From the NCBI RefSeq assembly GCF_009914755.1, contig NC_060944.1: a stretch of 64,000 nt of DNA; one strand, 5' to 3'. The stretch comes from the human T2T-CHM13v2.0 reference genome, Homo sapiens. The notes beneath the pieces were generated by a model. The model made no database searches and was not told the origin of the DNA. It saw only the letters and a program-made list of their open reading frames with translations. Within the stretch, counting starts at the first letter, position 1. Every line of letters begins with the position of its first letter. Positions 1 through 12,850 of the stretch are shown one piece after another. Position numbers and translations under genes: made by a program.

Positions 1-19
1 TTGTCAAATGTGACAGAAA

Positions 20-1152
<1,133 letters not shown>

Positions 1153-1385
1153 GACTCATTACATTAAGAGATTTCTGAATACCAGGGACATGTAGCTTAT
1201 GTAATAGAAAAGAATGAGAGAATTTAAGCACAAGTTTGACCAAGATATTGGCTGCAGGATTTTCAAGAAAATAAGGAAAGTGTTGTATTGGATTCTGACT
1301 GTGAATGTTTGCTTGCTTAATAGTTTAGTACCATATTGGAATGAAATCATTGGGGTTGAATAATCCATTCTTTGGTTTGTTTCAG

Positions 1386-1468
1386 AAACATGTGTGTTTG
1401 CATTTCTTGGCCTGTCCATTTTTAGTTTTCCTCACAAGTTTGAAATTTCCTTTGTCATCTGGTGCATA
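1386..1468 (+). CDS. SLC9A8: SLC9A8 (NHE8 Na+/H+ exchanger) internal coding exon (probably exon 12 of 16)
   Basis: ttcag|AA ACA TGT...TGC ATA|gtaagt; 83 nt encoding (E)TCVFAFLGLSIFSFPHKFEISFVIWCI, an NHE-family transmembrane segment; phase joins the next exon. Confidence 0.95.
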
Positions 1469-2142
1469 GTAAGTATTTTCCTTTTTTTTTTTAAATTTAA
1501 TTACTTATTTGTAGATCGATAAACACATGTTCCGGATTCATTTATGTAACTGTTAACTGTTCAAAGTCAACAGCTACATAGACACTCTTTTGTTTAAAGT
1601 TTCTTTTGTTAAAAAAAAAAAATCACAAACATACAGTAAGGGGGCAGGGGTAGAATTAAGTGAATAAATATCCCCAGAAAGGACTTTTGCTTGTTTTTTA
1701 AGATTTTTAATGGCCTTGAATATTATGGTCTTTAAATAAAAGTACAGGTTTGTAAGTTTTTGTGTGAGGAGGTAAAAGCAGATTTCAAAATTGAATATGT
1801 AATTGATCATAACCATGTAAAAATATTATGCACAGAAAAAAGAAAATATGTAAAGAAAATATAGCCACATGTTCACAGTGGTCATAGAGTTGGGATTTCT
1901 TTCTCTTTTCTGCTTTTTCTGGATAATTTATTATGTACTTCTTACTGCAGTTTTCTTCAAATTTGTCTATTTATATTTGTCTATTTGTCTGTTTATAAGA
2001 TATTGTTCCTGCAACCTGGGTACTTCCATCTCTCAGTCAGCAAGAGCTCATTGCTCTTGGTCACTGTTATTTGTCCTCCAAACTCAGGTTTCAGGGCAAG
2101 AGAGAAGCAGCAAAAGTCCTTTACAGAAAGTATAATAGCCTA

Positions 2143-2439
2143 GGCTGGGCGCGGTGGCTCACACCTGTAATCTCAGCACTTTGGGAGGCCGAGGCTGGCG
2201 GATCATGAGGTCAGGAGTTTGAGACCAGCCTGGCAAACATGGTGAAACCCCATCTCTACTAAAAATACAAAATTAGCCGGGCGTGGTGATATGCGCCTGT
2301 AATTCCAGCTACTCAGGAGGCTGAGGCAGGAGAATCGCTTGAACCCGGGAGGCGGAGGTTGCAGTGCAGTGAGCTGAGATCATGCCATTTGCACCCCAGC
2401 CTGGGCAAAAAGAGCGAAAGTCCATCTCAAAAAAAAAAA
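2143..2439 (+). mobile_element. Alu (AluS-like)
   Basis: Dimeric Alu with TSD aaagtataatagcct. Confidence 0.93.
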
Positions 2440-2947
2440 GTATAATAGCCTTTAGTGTGGCCACTGGGGAAAAGGGACACATTTGATCAAACCTGAAACA
2501 AGTGTAGGCATGGAAGATTGGATTTCAGTGGGTGAAACAGGGAGGTGACTATTTCAGCCACAGGTTGGGAGGAAAATGAAAGGATGCCCTGGGGTGACAA
2601 CTCAGTTTTCTCTAAGCAGTTAGGCCCAAGCTGGCCCTGCAGCTAGTGGAGATGGCCTATTCAGGTGGGTTACAGTTCCTGCCCTGTAAACTCAATTTAG
2701 TGGTCAAGAGCATGGGCTTTGGGGTCTGAACCAGATTTGAGACTTGGATCCATTACTTCCTGCCTTGTCAACTTGGACCAATTACTTCATCTCTCTATAC
2801 CTCAGTTTCCTTGTCTATAAACTGGAGACAACAATACCTACTTTGTAAGACCTTTGCAAGGATTTAAATTTAGCAGGATAATGCATGTAAAATGATTAGC
2901 ATGTTGTCTGGCATAGAAATGTTTGATGATTGGAAACATTTACTCTT

Positions 2948-3686
<739 letters not shown>

Positions 3687-4330
3687 GATGTAAACTTTAC
3701 ATAAAGCTGTACTTTGCCAAGACTAACATGCCTTTGGAGATGGAGAGGAACCAAAAGCCACAGCAAGCAGCTGGCAGGCTAAGCCGGGGCATGTGGCCTC
3801 CTGATAGTCCCTACCTCTGCGTTCCTCTTGCTCAGAGAGCAGTGTTTCCATGCATGGGAGGTCCTTCATAGCTGCCCTCCTTTCCCTGAGGGAGAGGCAG
3901 AAACACCTTGTCTGTCCCCCTAGTCCTGGTATGATCAATGCAGCCCTGTCCCAAGGAGGGGCACCTTGGGAGTCAGGTTGCCCTTAAACTAATCTGTGAA
4001 TACTTCTGTACAGCCTCTTGGCATTCAGTTTTGTTCTGCTGTCATTACTAAAGCCCTTCCTGATACCTCGTCCGTCCTCTCTTTTCTGGCTACTAAGAAA
4101 GGTAACGTACAAAGCTTTATCCTTTCCTAGATGCATAGAATCCCGCAGCTGTGGCAGCACGCCCATGCTGGGTCTCTGACGAGCATGGTGTTGCTCGTGT
4201 CTTTTGTGGCTGAGGGGAATACTGCATTTGTACTGGATGTGTTACACAGTCTGCATTAGCTTCATCCAAGAAGCTTCAGCTTGAAGAGCCAGATGTTTTC
4301 ACCTAAGACTTAGTTTGTTGCTATCAACAG

Positions 4331-4442
4331 GTGCTTGTACTATTTGGCAGAGCGGTAAACATTTTCCCTCTTTCCTACCTCCTGAATTTCTTCCGGGATC
4401 ATAAAATCACACCGAAGATGATGTTCATCATGTGGTTTAGTG
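4331..4442 (+). CDS. SLC9A8: SLC9A8 coding exon (probably exon 13)
   Basis: caacag|GTG...AGT G|gtaagt; 112 nt, VLVLFGRAVNIFPLSYLLNFFRDHKITPKMMFIMWFS(G). Confidence 0.96.
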
Positions 4443-7252
4443 GTAAGTCAAATCTTGGATAAATGGGGTGGGGAAGTACCTGTTAAAAGCACGCCCCATA
4501 CAGGGAGAGCTGTGGTTCTCTGCTAGCGCCCTTGGCAAAACCACAAGTAATCAATACTCCCGTTTAATGGCACCCACTGCAATCAAGATGGTGCCCCTCA
4601 CCATGGTGCTATGAAGTGGGTGAGGCTTGGTTGGAAGAGGGCAAACAACATGCCCAGGGTCACGTGACCACTGGAGGCAGAGCCGGGATTTCTGCCACTC
4701 TCTTCTGAACACCATAGTGCAGTCCGGGATGCAGCTGGGCGTGCTTCAGCGCCTCCCTGGGGGTCTTCTAGGCTGAAGTAATAATGGTCTCAAGGTAGAA
4801 AAGGTGAAAGTTGAAACTGTTTCATACCTTATGTTAGTTTTGGATATTTTTCCTTTTAGTCACAAAGTTCTAGTAGTTTAATTTGAATGTTTCAGTTGCT
4901 ATTTAATCACTTTTTAAAGGACGGAAATGATTTCATACATCTTTGCTTCTAAAGAACTGGATCCATAGGCATCCTTAAATTTATTTTTGAGCAATACATA
5001 CTGTTCTTTATGCTTTCTTGCTTAAATATTATAATCAAAGTATTTTCCGTGTGGGTTGGGTTATAGCAACACACTATAATGTTCTCTATCCAAAGGCATA
5101 TCTGCAAGTTTGTCTCAGATTTCTCTTCTTTCAAAAGGCCATGTTTAAAAATGTATATGTTTCATATATATGTACGTATGTGTATATATACATATACATT
5201 TATATGTGGTGAGAAAAACTCATTTTTTTCCTAATCTCTTTTGCCAGTGAGGCAAACTACTTTGTAAATGGTTGCAGAAGTGTGTCAGAGGTTTTTGAAG
5301 TGATGTGGGCTATTTGGGAAGGGGGGCATGAGGATAAGAGAGCGTTATGGGGAAGGTTGGAGTGTATTTGAAATGGCGGGGGCTGTCGGCTCCTGTTCTC
5401 TCCCAGGCTCCCCGGGCTCTTGCTCTGTGGGTTTCCATCCAGGCTTTCCTGGATCCTCAACGAGGGGCACTGAACAAGCCTCTGCTACCGGCCCCTCCCA
5501 TCATCATTTAAGCAATCAGAGCTTCTCCTCCTTCCCACAAAACACCAGCAACTTCAGCCAGAGTTCCTCCTCACGTCCCCCGCAGCTGCGTCCGCACCTC
5601 TTTTGCCATGGCCAGACCCTTGCGAGTGAGCCGTGCTCGCTCATTTTCTCCACTTCTTCACCGCCTGTCCACGGGGCTGGAATTGGCCTTGGCAGGTCAC
5701 CAGTGACCTCCCGCAGCCAGACCTGGAGGGGAGGCGTCCGCCCCCGTCCTAGCCTACCTCCTTCCCACTGCCCCTACCTTCTGGCGAGGACCACTTCACT
5801 CTCTTCCCCGGCCTCTGGGCCATGCTCCTCCTTTCTCTCCTTTGACGTCTCCTTGGGCTCGTCCCCCTTCGCTGACCCCTCAAATAGTGGCTTCTTCAGG
5901 ACTTGGCCCCAGCCCCACTTCTGTTCACGTGTTCTGCACTTCACTGAGTGCGCTCACCCGTCCACTGGCCTTCACTTCCACCTAGTCCCAAAGCTGTTCC
6001 CGCGAACCCAGACCTCCCTCTGGGATCCGTACTCCTGTTTCCAGCTGCCTGTTTGGATGCCGTGGGGATGCTGTCATCCCTATGCCTTTGCATCCCCCTT
6101 GCCCAAGAAATCCTACTTTGAATTGCCCCGTGGCCTGGCTAGCCGGTACTAAGCACTTGCTGGGTACACACCCTGTTAAAGCACATTACATGTCCCGTGT
6201 CACTGAATCCTCTGGCCCGTGACAGGTTTAGAGAGGCTGAGAGTCCCTTGTCCTCACCATGTCTCTGTATTATGTGCCCTTTGCTCTTGCCCTGCCGTCT
6301 CCCCATCTGGGTCTGGCCTGCAGCAGCCTGGCTGCCCTACCCCATGGTGATGTGAGCCTCCCCGCTTTCCTGTCTGGGGAAGGTCCTGGTGCTGTCTGCA
6401 CCATGCCCCCCTCCACCCCCCATCCCCCTCCCCCCACCATCTCTTCCAGGTAGCATTTCACACCCCTTATTTGCTGTGCCTCCTCCCAGCTGCTCTAGGA
6501 GCTCCCCAAGGGTGGGGCTAGGACTGCCTGTCCCCTCCGTATGGCACCAAGGAAGCCAGGAAACTTCTAACAGAGGAATGTGCTGTTTTCCAGCTCAGTC
6601 CATGCCCCTCAGTTGTGCCCTAGTAGCGTCACAGAGGACCAGCCAGCCTGTCATTACCACCTAAGCAGCCCACAGCCCCATCAGTGCCACCAGGGGCCTC
6701 CACAGGGACAGCATCTCGAGATAGGAGGGGTACTGGACACATTGCATCTTGTGCTGTTGTGGGTATTAGTTGAGTGGCCCTGGGCGGGCCATGCTGCTCT
6801 TGGCCTCCATCCCTCATCTGTGTGTTGTGGACAAGAGTAGCGCTGCTCGGTGAGGATTCCTGTGAAGATCCAGTGATGCTCTGCACACTGAGCACCTGCC
6901 CAGGCCTGGCGCACACACAGGGAGGGCTCAGCCCACAGCAGCTGTCCTGCAGTTTCCAAGACACGAGCATCAGGCTTGCTAAGTCCTCCCGCACCCGCAT
7001 CTGGGGCTCTGTAGCTGGGGCAGGCCATCTCATTTGATCTGCCAATGTTGGAATGGAGGTGAGTCTGTGGTCCCATCTCTGCCACCTGCTCTTTACACCC
7101 CAAAGCCTCACAGGGTGAGCACACACTCTTCAGCAGGGCCATTAGAATAGTCAGCTGGTCGTGGTGCTGGGCCGGCTGGATTTCCAGGGAAGCCAGCCCA
7201 TGAAGCTGCTGCCTCTTCACTGTGTCCTCTCACACTGTTTGCTGTCACCCAG

Positions 7253-7473
7253 GCCTGCGGGGAGCCATCCCCTATGCCCTGAGCCTACACCTGGACCTGG
7301 AGCCCATGGAGAAGCGGCAGCTCATCGGCACCACCACCATCGTCATCGTGCTCTTCACCATCCTGCTGCTGGGCGGCAGCACCATGCCCCTCATTCGCCT
7401 CATGGACATCGAGGACGCCAAGGCACACCGCAGGAACAAGAAGGACGTCAACCTCAGCAAGACTGAGAAGATG
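7253..7473 (+). CDS. SLC9A8: SLC9A8 coding exon (probably exon 14)
   Basis: cccag|GC CTG CGG GGA GCC...AAG ATG|gttagt; 221 nt with the CPA1 signature GLRGAI and LLGGSTMPL. Confidence 0.97.
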
Positions 7474-7596
7474 GTTAGTACCATGCGCCTGTGGGGGTGG
7501 GGCAGGGGGCTGGCCTGCTACGCAGCTGGTGGTCCCCACTGTCAGGAAATGGGGAGATGAGCCTTGCTTTCTTGCTTTGAGGATGCCCAGCACCTC

Positions 7597-7605
7597 CACA
7601 CACAC

Positions 7606-7644
<39 letters not shown>

Positions 7645-7691
7645 CACACACACACACGACACACACACACACACACGACACACACACACAC

Positions 7692-7776
<85 letters not shown>
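7597..7776 (+). repeat. Interrupted (CA)n microsatellite, ~180 bp
   Basis: CA run with single G insertions at 7606, 7643, 7658, 7677 and 7692, then a pure run 7693-7776. Confidence 0.97.
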
Positions 7777-7778
<2 letters not shown>

Positions 7779-8639
7779 CGGTCATCCCCCCTGAGAAGGA
7801 GGTGACGGAACTTGAGTTCTGAAGCATGGCTCTTGGGGTGGGGGTGTCTGGTGGCCTTGTGACCTGCCGCAGCCATGGGGGCTGTGGACGACCCCATCTG
7901 CTCCCTCTCTGAAGCTCCATGGGGCACCACAGGAGTCTGGACCTGTGCCACAACCACAGCAGTGCCTCTGCCCTGCCAGCAGCTGAGACACCTGTCAGGG
8001 CCCAGGTTTGAGGGTTTCAAAATCCTGTCATTCCCCAGTATGGTTTTACTAAAAACCACCTGTTGGGGGCCTGAGGAGGGGAGGATGTCTTGCGGTGGCT
8101 GTGAGGGCCGTGAGAGGGGTACTCCCCCAAGGACAGACATGGTGTGGGGCTGGAGGTACCCAGGCCCCAGCTGTAGGGAGAGCTGAGGTTCTGCAGCCTG
8201 CCCACCTCTTCTTCCTACAAGCCACCGCCCCTGCCACCAGGCTGCCTTCCCGCCCTGTCTTCACCCTCAGGACCCCTGTGCAAAGCTAGGCCCTCTGACC
8301 GAAGCAGAGGCTGCTGTAGGCTCCAGCCCAGAGCATCCCCTGCTGATCACCATGCATTTCTGGACATGCATCTCTTTCTAGTTCCCGTATTCTAGGCCTC
8401 AGTAACTTTAATCAGTCATCAGAGGCCCAGGAGTCCTCACGTGGCCATCCACGGCTAACACTGGAGTCAGGGCTGGCAAGACCATGGCCTCCAATCTCCA
8501 TGCTCAGCTGGGCCCCTCACCCAGTGCAGTGCTGCTGGGAGGAAACTTCCAGATGGCTGTGAGGCCTGGCTCTGCAGAACTTCCACCACACTAAGAGGCC
8601 CTTTGCCCCCACCCCCTATCTACCAACTTTTTTGTTTTT

Positions 8640-9055
<416 letters not shown>

Positions 9056-9289
9056 ACTAGCAGAAACAGGACAGCTCCTCTGAGGATGAACCGCTGAGTT
9101 TCTGGAATGTTTTCTGTGGCAGTCAGTGTGCTTGCGTTTTCCTTGGATGATCTCAGATTGTCCCCATAGCCTGCCAGAAACTGGCGCTTTCATTATACCC
9201 ACTTTGCAGATGAGAATGCCGAGGCACCAAGAGAATCAGACAGCTGTGGGCACAGACTCCCGAGCCTGTCCTCTTTACTACCACGCTGA

Positions 9290-9480
9290 TCAGCAGTCCT
9301 CAAAATGGGCTCCCCAGACTAGCAGCATCACTGGAAACCTGTTAGATCTGCAGATTCCCAAGCCCATTCAGACCTACTGAATTAGCACCTCTGCAGGTGG
9401 CTGCGGTGGGCTCAGTATTTTGTGGTTTCACAGGCCCCCCAGGTAGATTCTAATACAGACCAGTGTTTGACAACCACTGC
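9290..9480. mobile_element. MER5A-like hAT element
   Basis: cagcagtcctcaaa...cagcatcactggaaacctgttaga...tttgacaaccactg. Confidence 0.7.
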
Positions 9481-10188
9481 TTCACAGCATCTAAATGCCC
9501 TCCCCTCCCCGGCCATCCTCTGCCCTCCCTGCACCTGCCCCGTCCCCCTCCCCACCACCTGCAGTGAAGCTGCAGAGCACACTTCACTGTGGCCCCACTG
9601 AGACTCCTCCAGCAGAGCAGGCGCTGCACTCAGAGCCTGTCTGCTTTGCTCCTACCTATGACCCGAGTCCCGCCTCTTTACCTCCGTCTCTCCCCTCCAC
9701 ATGGGGTCCTTTTCTTCGTCCCTCCCCAATTCCTACAGGATGTGTTCCTCTCCCCTCTCCTCTCTTGACTTGATTGGCAAAAGCCTGTCCACGGTGGAGT
9801 CCTAGCTAATAGAGCCACAGGCAAAGAGACAAAAAGCCTCCCTGTGCGATTTGCTGCTAATGAAAAGCCCAGAACAGCAGTTCTGGTCCTGGTTGCATGA
9901 TAGAATCACCCAAAAGCTTGAAAAGCTTAAAGACCAAGCCCCAGCCTGGCCCAGTCCTTCTGTTTTAGCTGTCCTAGGTGGGGTCCTGGGCATCCATTGT
10001 GCCCTGATGGACGTTCCTGCCTCCCTGCAGGCTCCCAGGAGGCCGTCTGCTGCCCGTCACCCTGCATTGATGGTCAAGTGGAGTTAGGGTTGGGGACACT
10101 GGCGGCCTGGGTGGTGTGGGGGCTTCCAGGAGGTGCCCCCCGATGGTGCCAGCTGGTGGCCGTCGGGCCGCCTTTCCTCCCTGCTCAG

Positions 10189-10335
10189 GGCAACACTGTG
10201 GAGTCGGAGCACCTGTCGGAGCTCACGGAGGAGGAGTACGAGGCCCACTACATCAGGCGGCAGGACCTTAAGGGCTTCGTGTGGCTGGACGCCAAGTACC
10301 TGAACCCCTTCTTCACTCGGAGGCTGACGCAGGAG
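10189..10335 (+). CDS. SLC9A8: SLC9A8 coding exon (probably exon 15)
   Basis: ctcag|GGC AAC...CAG GAG|gtggga; 147 nt, GNTVESEHLSELTEEEYEAHYIRRQDLKGFVWLDAKYLNPFFTRRLTQE. Confidence 0.96.
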
Positions 10336-11265
10336 GTGGGATACCGGCCAGGCCACACTTTCTGGGGGTCCCTTGCCTGCCTCCTTCAGGACCTGCGGTG
10401 GCCCAGGGTGGGGTGGAGGAAGAGTGGGGAGGCAGGAAAGCTCACGTGGGCCCGCCAGGCCGCCGCCTCCCGATCTGGAGGCTGGACGTGCTTGTGGAAC
10501 TCGGCATCTGCTGTTTTTCCTTCGCTGCCACATTTAGTGCGAGGTTAATAATAGATTTGTTAACACAGTTTGGTTTTCCTGGATGATAGACTCGGGGTAT
10601 TGATCAGCTACTGAATCGGAGCTGAGGAATTTCAGACATACCAGGGCCTCAAGCTGTGGCCCAAGTCTGCCCCCAGCTCAGGGCTCTGGTTCTGTCCCTC
10701 GGGGCACTGCTGGCCTCTCTTTAGTTGGAGGCCTTGGGTAGGGGTGGGGCTCTTCCTGCTGCTGCCCGCTTTGTTTCCGAGCAGGCCCATTTTCCACTCT
10801 CCGGCAGGCCTGAGAGCTGCCGGTGTGTGCGCTCTTCCAGGAGCCAGGCAGCTCCAGTGACTGTGACCACGACCGCTTCCTTCTCCAGCATCCTGTGCAG
10901 TGGATGCAGCTGTGTCCCTGACAGCTGAGGAGATGGAGGCCTAAGGGGGTGCAGTAACCCCGCAAGGTCACAGCCAATATGGGCATAACTGGGAGCAGAG
11001 CTAACTGTGTCTGACTCCAGAGACCACATGTTCAGCCTCAAGCCATGCTCCCTCCTCCTTTCTGAATGACACCTCCCGTGACCTCCACCCCCACAAAGAA
11101 CAATCCCAGCTCAGTTTGTTCAACTGAAACTGAAGTTGCCTGTGGCCATCACCCTGCCTCCCACCTCCTCCCTAGACACCCCACACAAAACACCCAGTAG
11201 CATCCCCTCCCTTCCATGGCCCTGCCCCTGACGCCCTGACGGCTTGGTTGTGTCTCTCGACCCAG

Positions 11266-11373
11266 GACCTGCACCACGGGCGCATCCAGATGAAAACTCT
11301 CACCAACAAGTGGTACGAGGAGGTACGCCAGGGCCCCTCCGGCTCCGAGGACGACGAGCAGGAGCTGCTCTGA
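11266..11373 (+). CDS. SLC9A8: SLC9A8 terminal exon, coding part
   Basis: cccag|GAC CTG CAC...CTG CTC TGA; DLHHGRIQMKTLTNKWYEEVRQGPSGSEDDEQELL*. Confidence 0.96.
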   Translation, partial: DLHHGRIQMKTLTNKWYEEVRQGPSGSEDDEQELL

Positions 11374-12725
11374 CGCCAGGTGCCAAGGCTTCAGGCAGGC
11401 AGGCCCAGGATGGGCGTTTGCTGCGCACAGACACTCAGCAGGGGCCTCGCAGAGATGCGTGCATCCAGCAGCCCCTTCAAGACATAAGAGGGCGGGGCGA
11501 GGTACTGGCTGCAGAGTCGCCTTAGTCCAGAACCTGACAGGCCTCTGGAGCCAGGCGACTTCTTGGGAAACTGTCATCTCCCGACTCCTCCCTGAGCCAG
11601 CCTCCGCTCAGTGTGGCTCCTCAGCCCACAGAGGGGAGGGAGCATGGGGCCAGGTGCCAGTCATCTGTGAAGCTAGGGCGCCTACCCCCCCACCCGGAGG
11701 ACCCCTGCGGCCCCCTGCCTAGAGGAGCACCATCTACAGTTGTGCCATTCCCCAGCCACTGCCTTCATGCTGCCCCCGCCGGACTGGCAGAGCCAGGGGT
11801 CAGCCACCTGCCTTTGAGTCATCAAGATGCCTCTGCAGCCACAATTCTGACCTAAGTGGCAGGGCCCAGAAATCCTGAAAACCTCCCGCTGCCTTTTGTG
11901 ATACTTCCTGTGCTCCCTCAGAGAGAAACGGAGTGACCTTTTGTCCTTTACCTGATTGGCACTTCGCAGTCTATCTCCCTGGGTAGCAGACGGCTGCTGC
12001 CCTTCTCTGGGCATGTTCTGAATGTTTACACTGGTACCTTCTGGTATCTTCTTTAGAGCCCCCTGCAAGCTGCAACTCTAGGCTTTTATCTTGCGGGGTC
12101 AGAGCGCCCTCTAGAGGGAAAAGCTAGAGGCACAGGGTTTCTGCCGGCCCACAACTGCTGTCTTGATTTGCATTTTACAGCAAAGTGCTGAGAGCCTCTA
12201 GTCGCCTCCTGCCATCTGATCTCCCTCCCCACCATTCCCGTACTCAGTTGTTCTTTTGTCTAATCGGAGGCCACTGTGCTGAGGCCCTGCAGTGTCTGCT
12301 CACTGCTGCCATCTTCGCTGCTAGTCAGGGTTCCATCCTCTTTCCCCTCTCCCAGTTCCCTACCACGTTGGATCCCATTCGTCACCCATGCTAGGGTCCC
12401 CAAAGCACTGGGGCAGGGGCCAGAGCAGCAGCACCCAGTGCTCCCTCCTCTACTCTGACCTGGGGCCCCAGCATCCTGGAGCACACGCTCCACGCACACA
12501 CACCCCAGCCCTGTCCCAGGGGCCTGGCCCCCTCAGCCATCTCAGGGTGAGGAGCTGCCAGTCATGTCCAGATGGAATGACTCCCATCCTCTCCTCATCT
12601 CCCCTTTGACGAGCCTCAAACTGCTCAGCTCATCAAAGAGCCATTGCCAACTTCCGTATGTGGTTCTGGGTCCCAGGGAGCCTTGGAACCTGGCACCCTG
12701 GGGTGGTTTAATTCATCATTAAGAA

Positions 12726-12850
12726 GCATTCCTGCTTCTCAAGGGACACAGTGGCCTGCATGGGCCAGCATGGACCCTGGGCTGATCATGTGCATTCCTG
12801 CTTCTCTGGGGACACAGTGGGCCCACATGGGCCAGCATGGACCCTGGGCT
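12726..12850 (+). repeat. Two-copy ~58 bp tandem duplication in the SLC9A8 3'UTR
   Basis: gcattcctgcttctc...ggacacagtgg...catgggccagcatggaccctgggct at 12726-12783 and 12792-12850. Confidence 0.9.

Noticed and set aside
5328-6152. 274 aa ORF in a SLC9A8 intron
   Set aside because: Ser/Pro-rich low-complexity translation of pyrimidine-rich, probably old L2-like DNA; no domain or splice support
7285-8140. ORFs with (CV)n or (HT)n tracts
   Set aside because: Translations of the CA microsatellite
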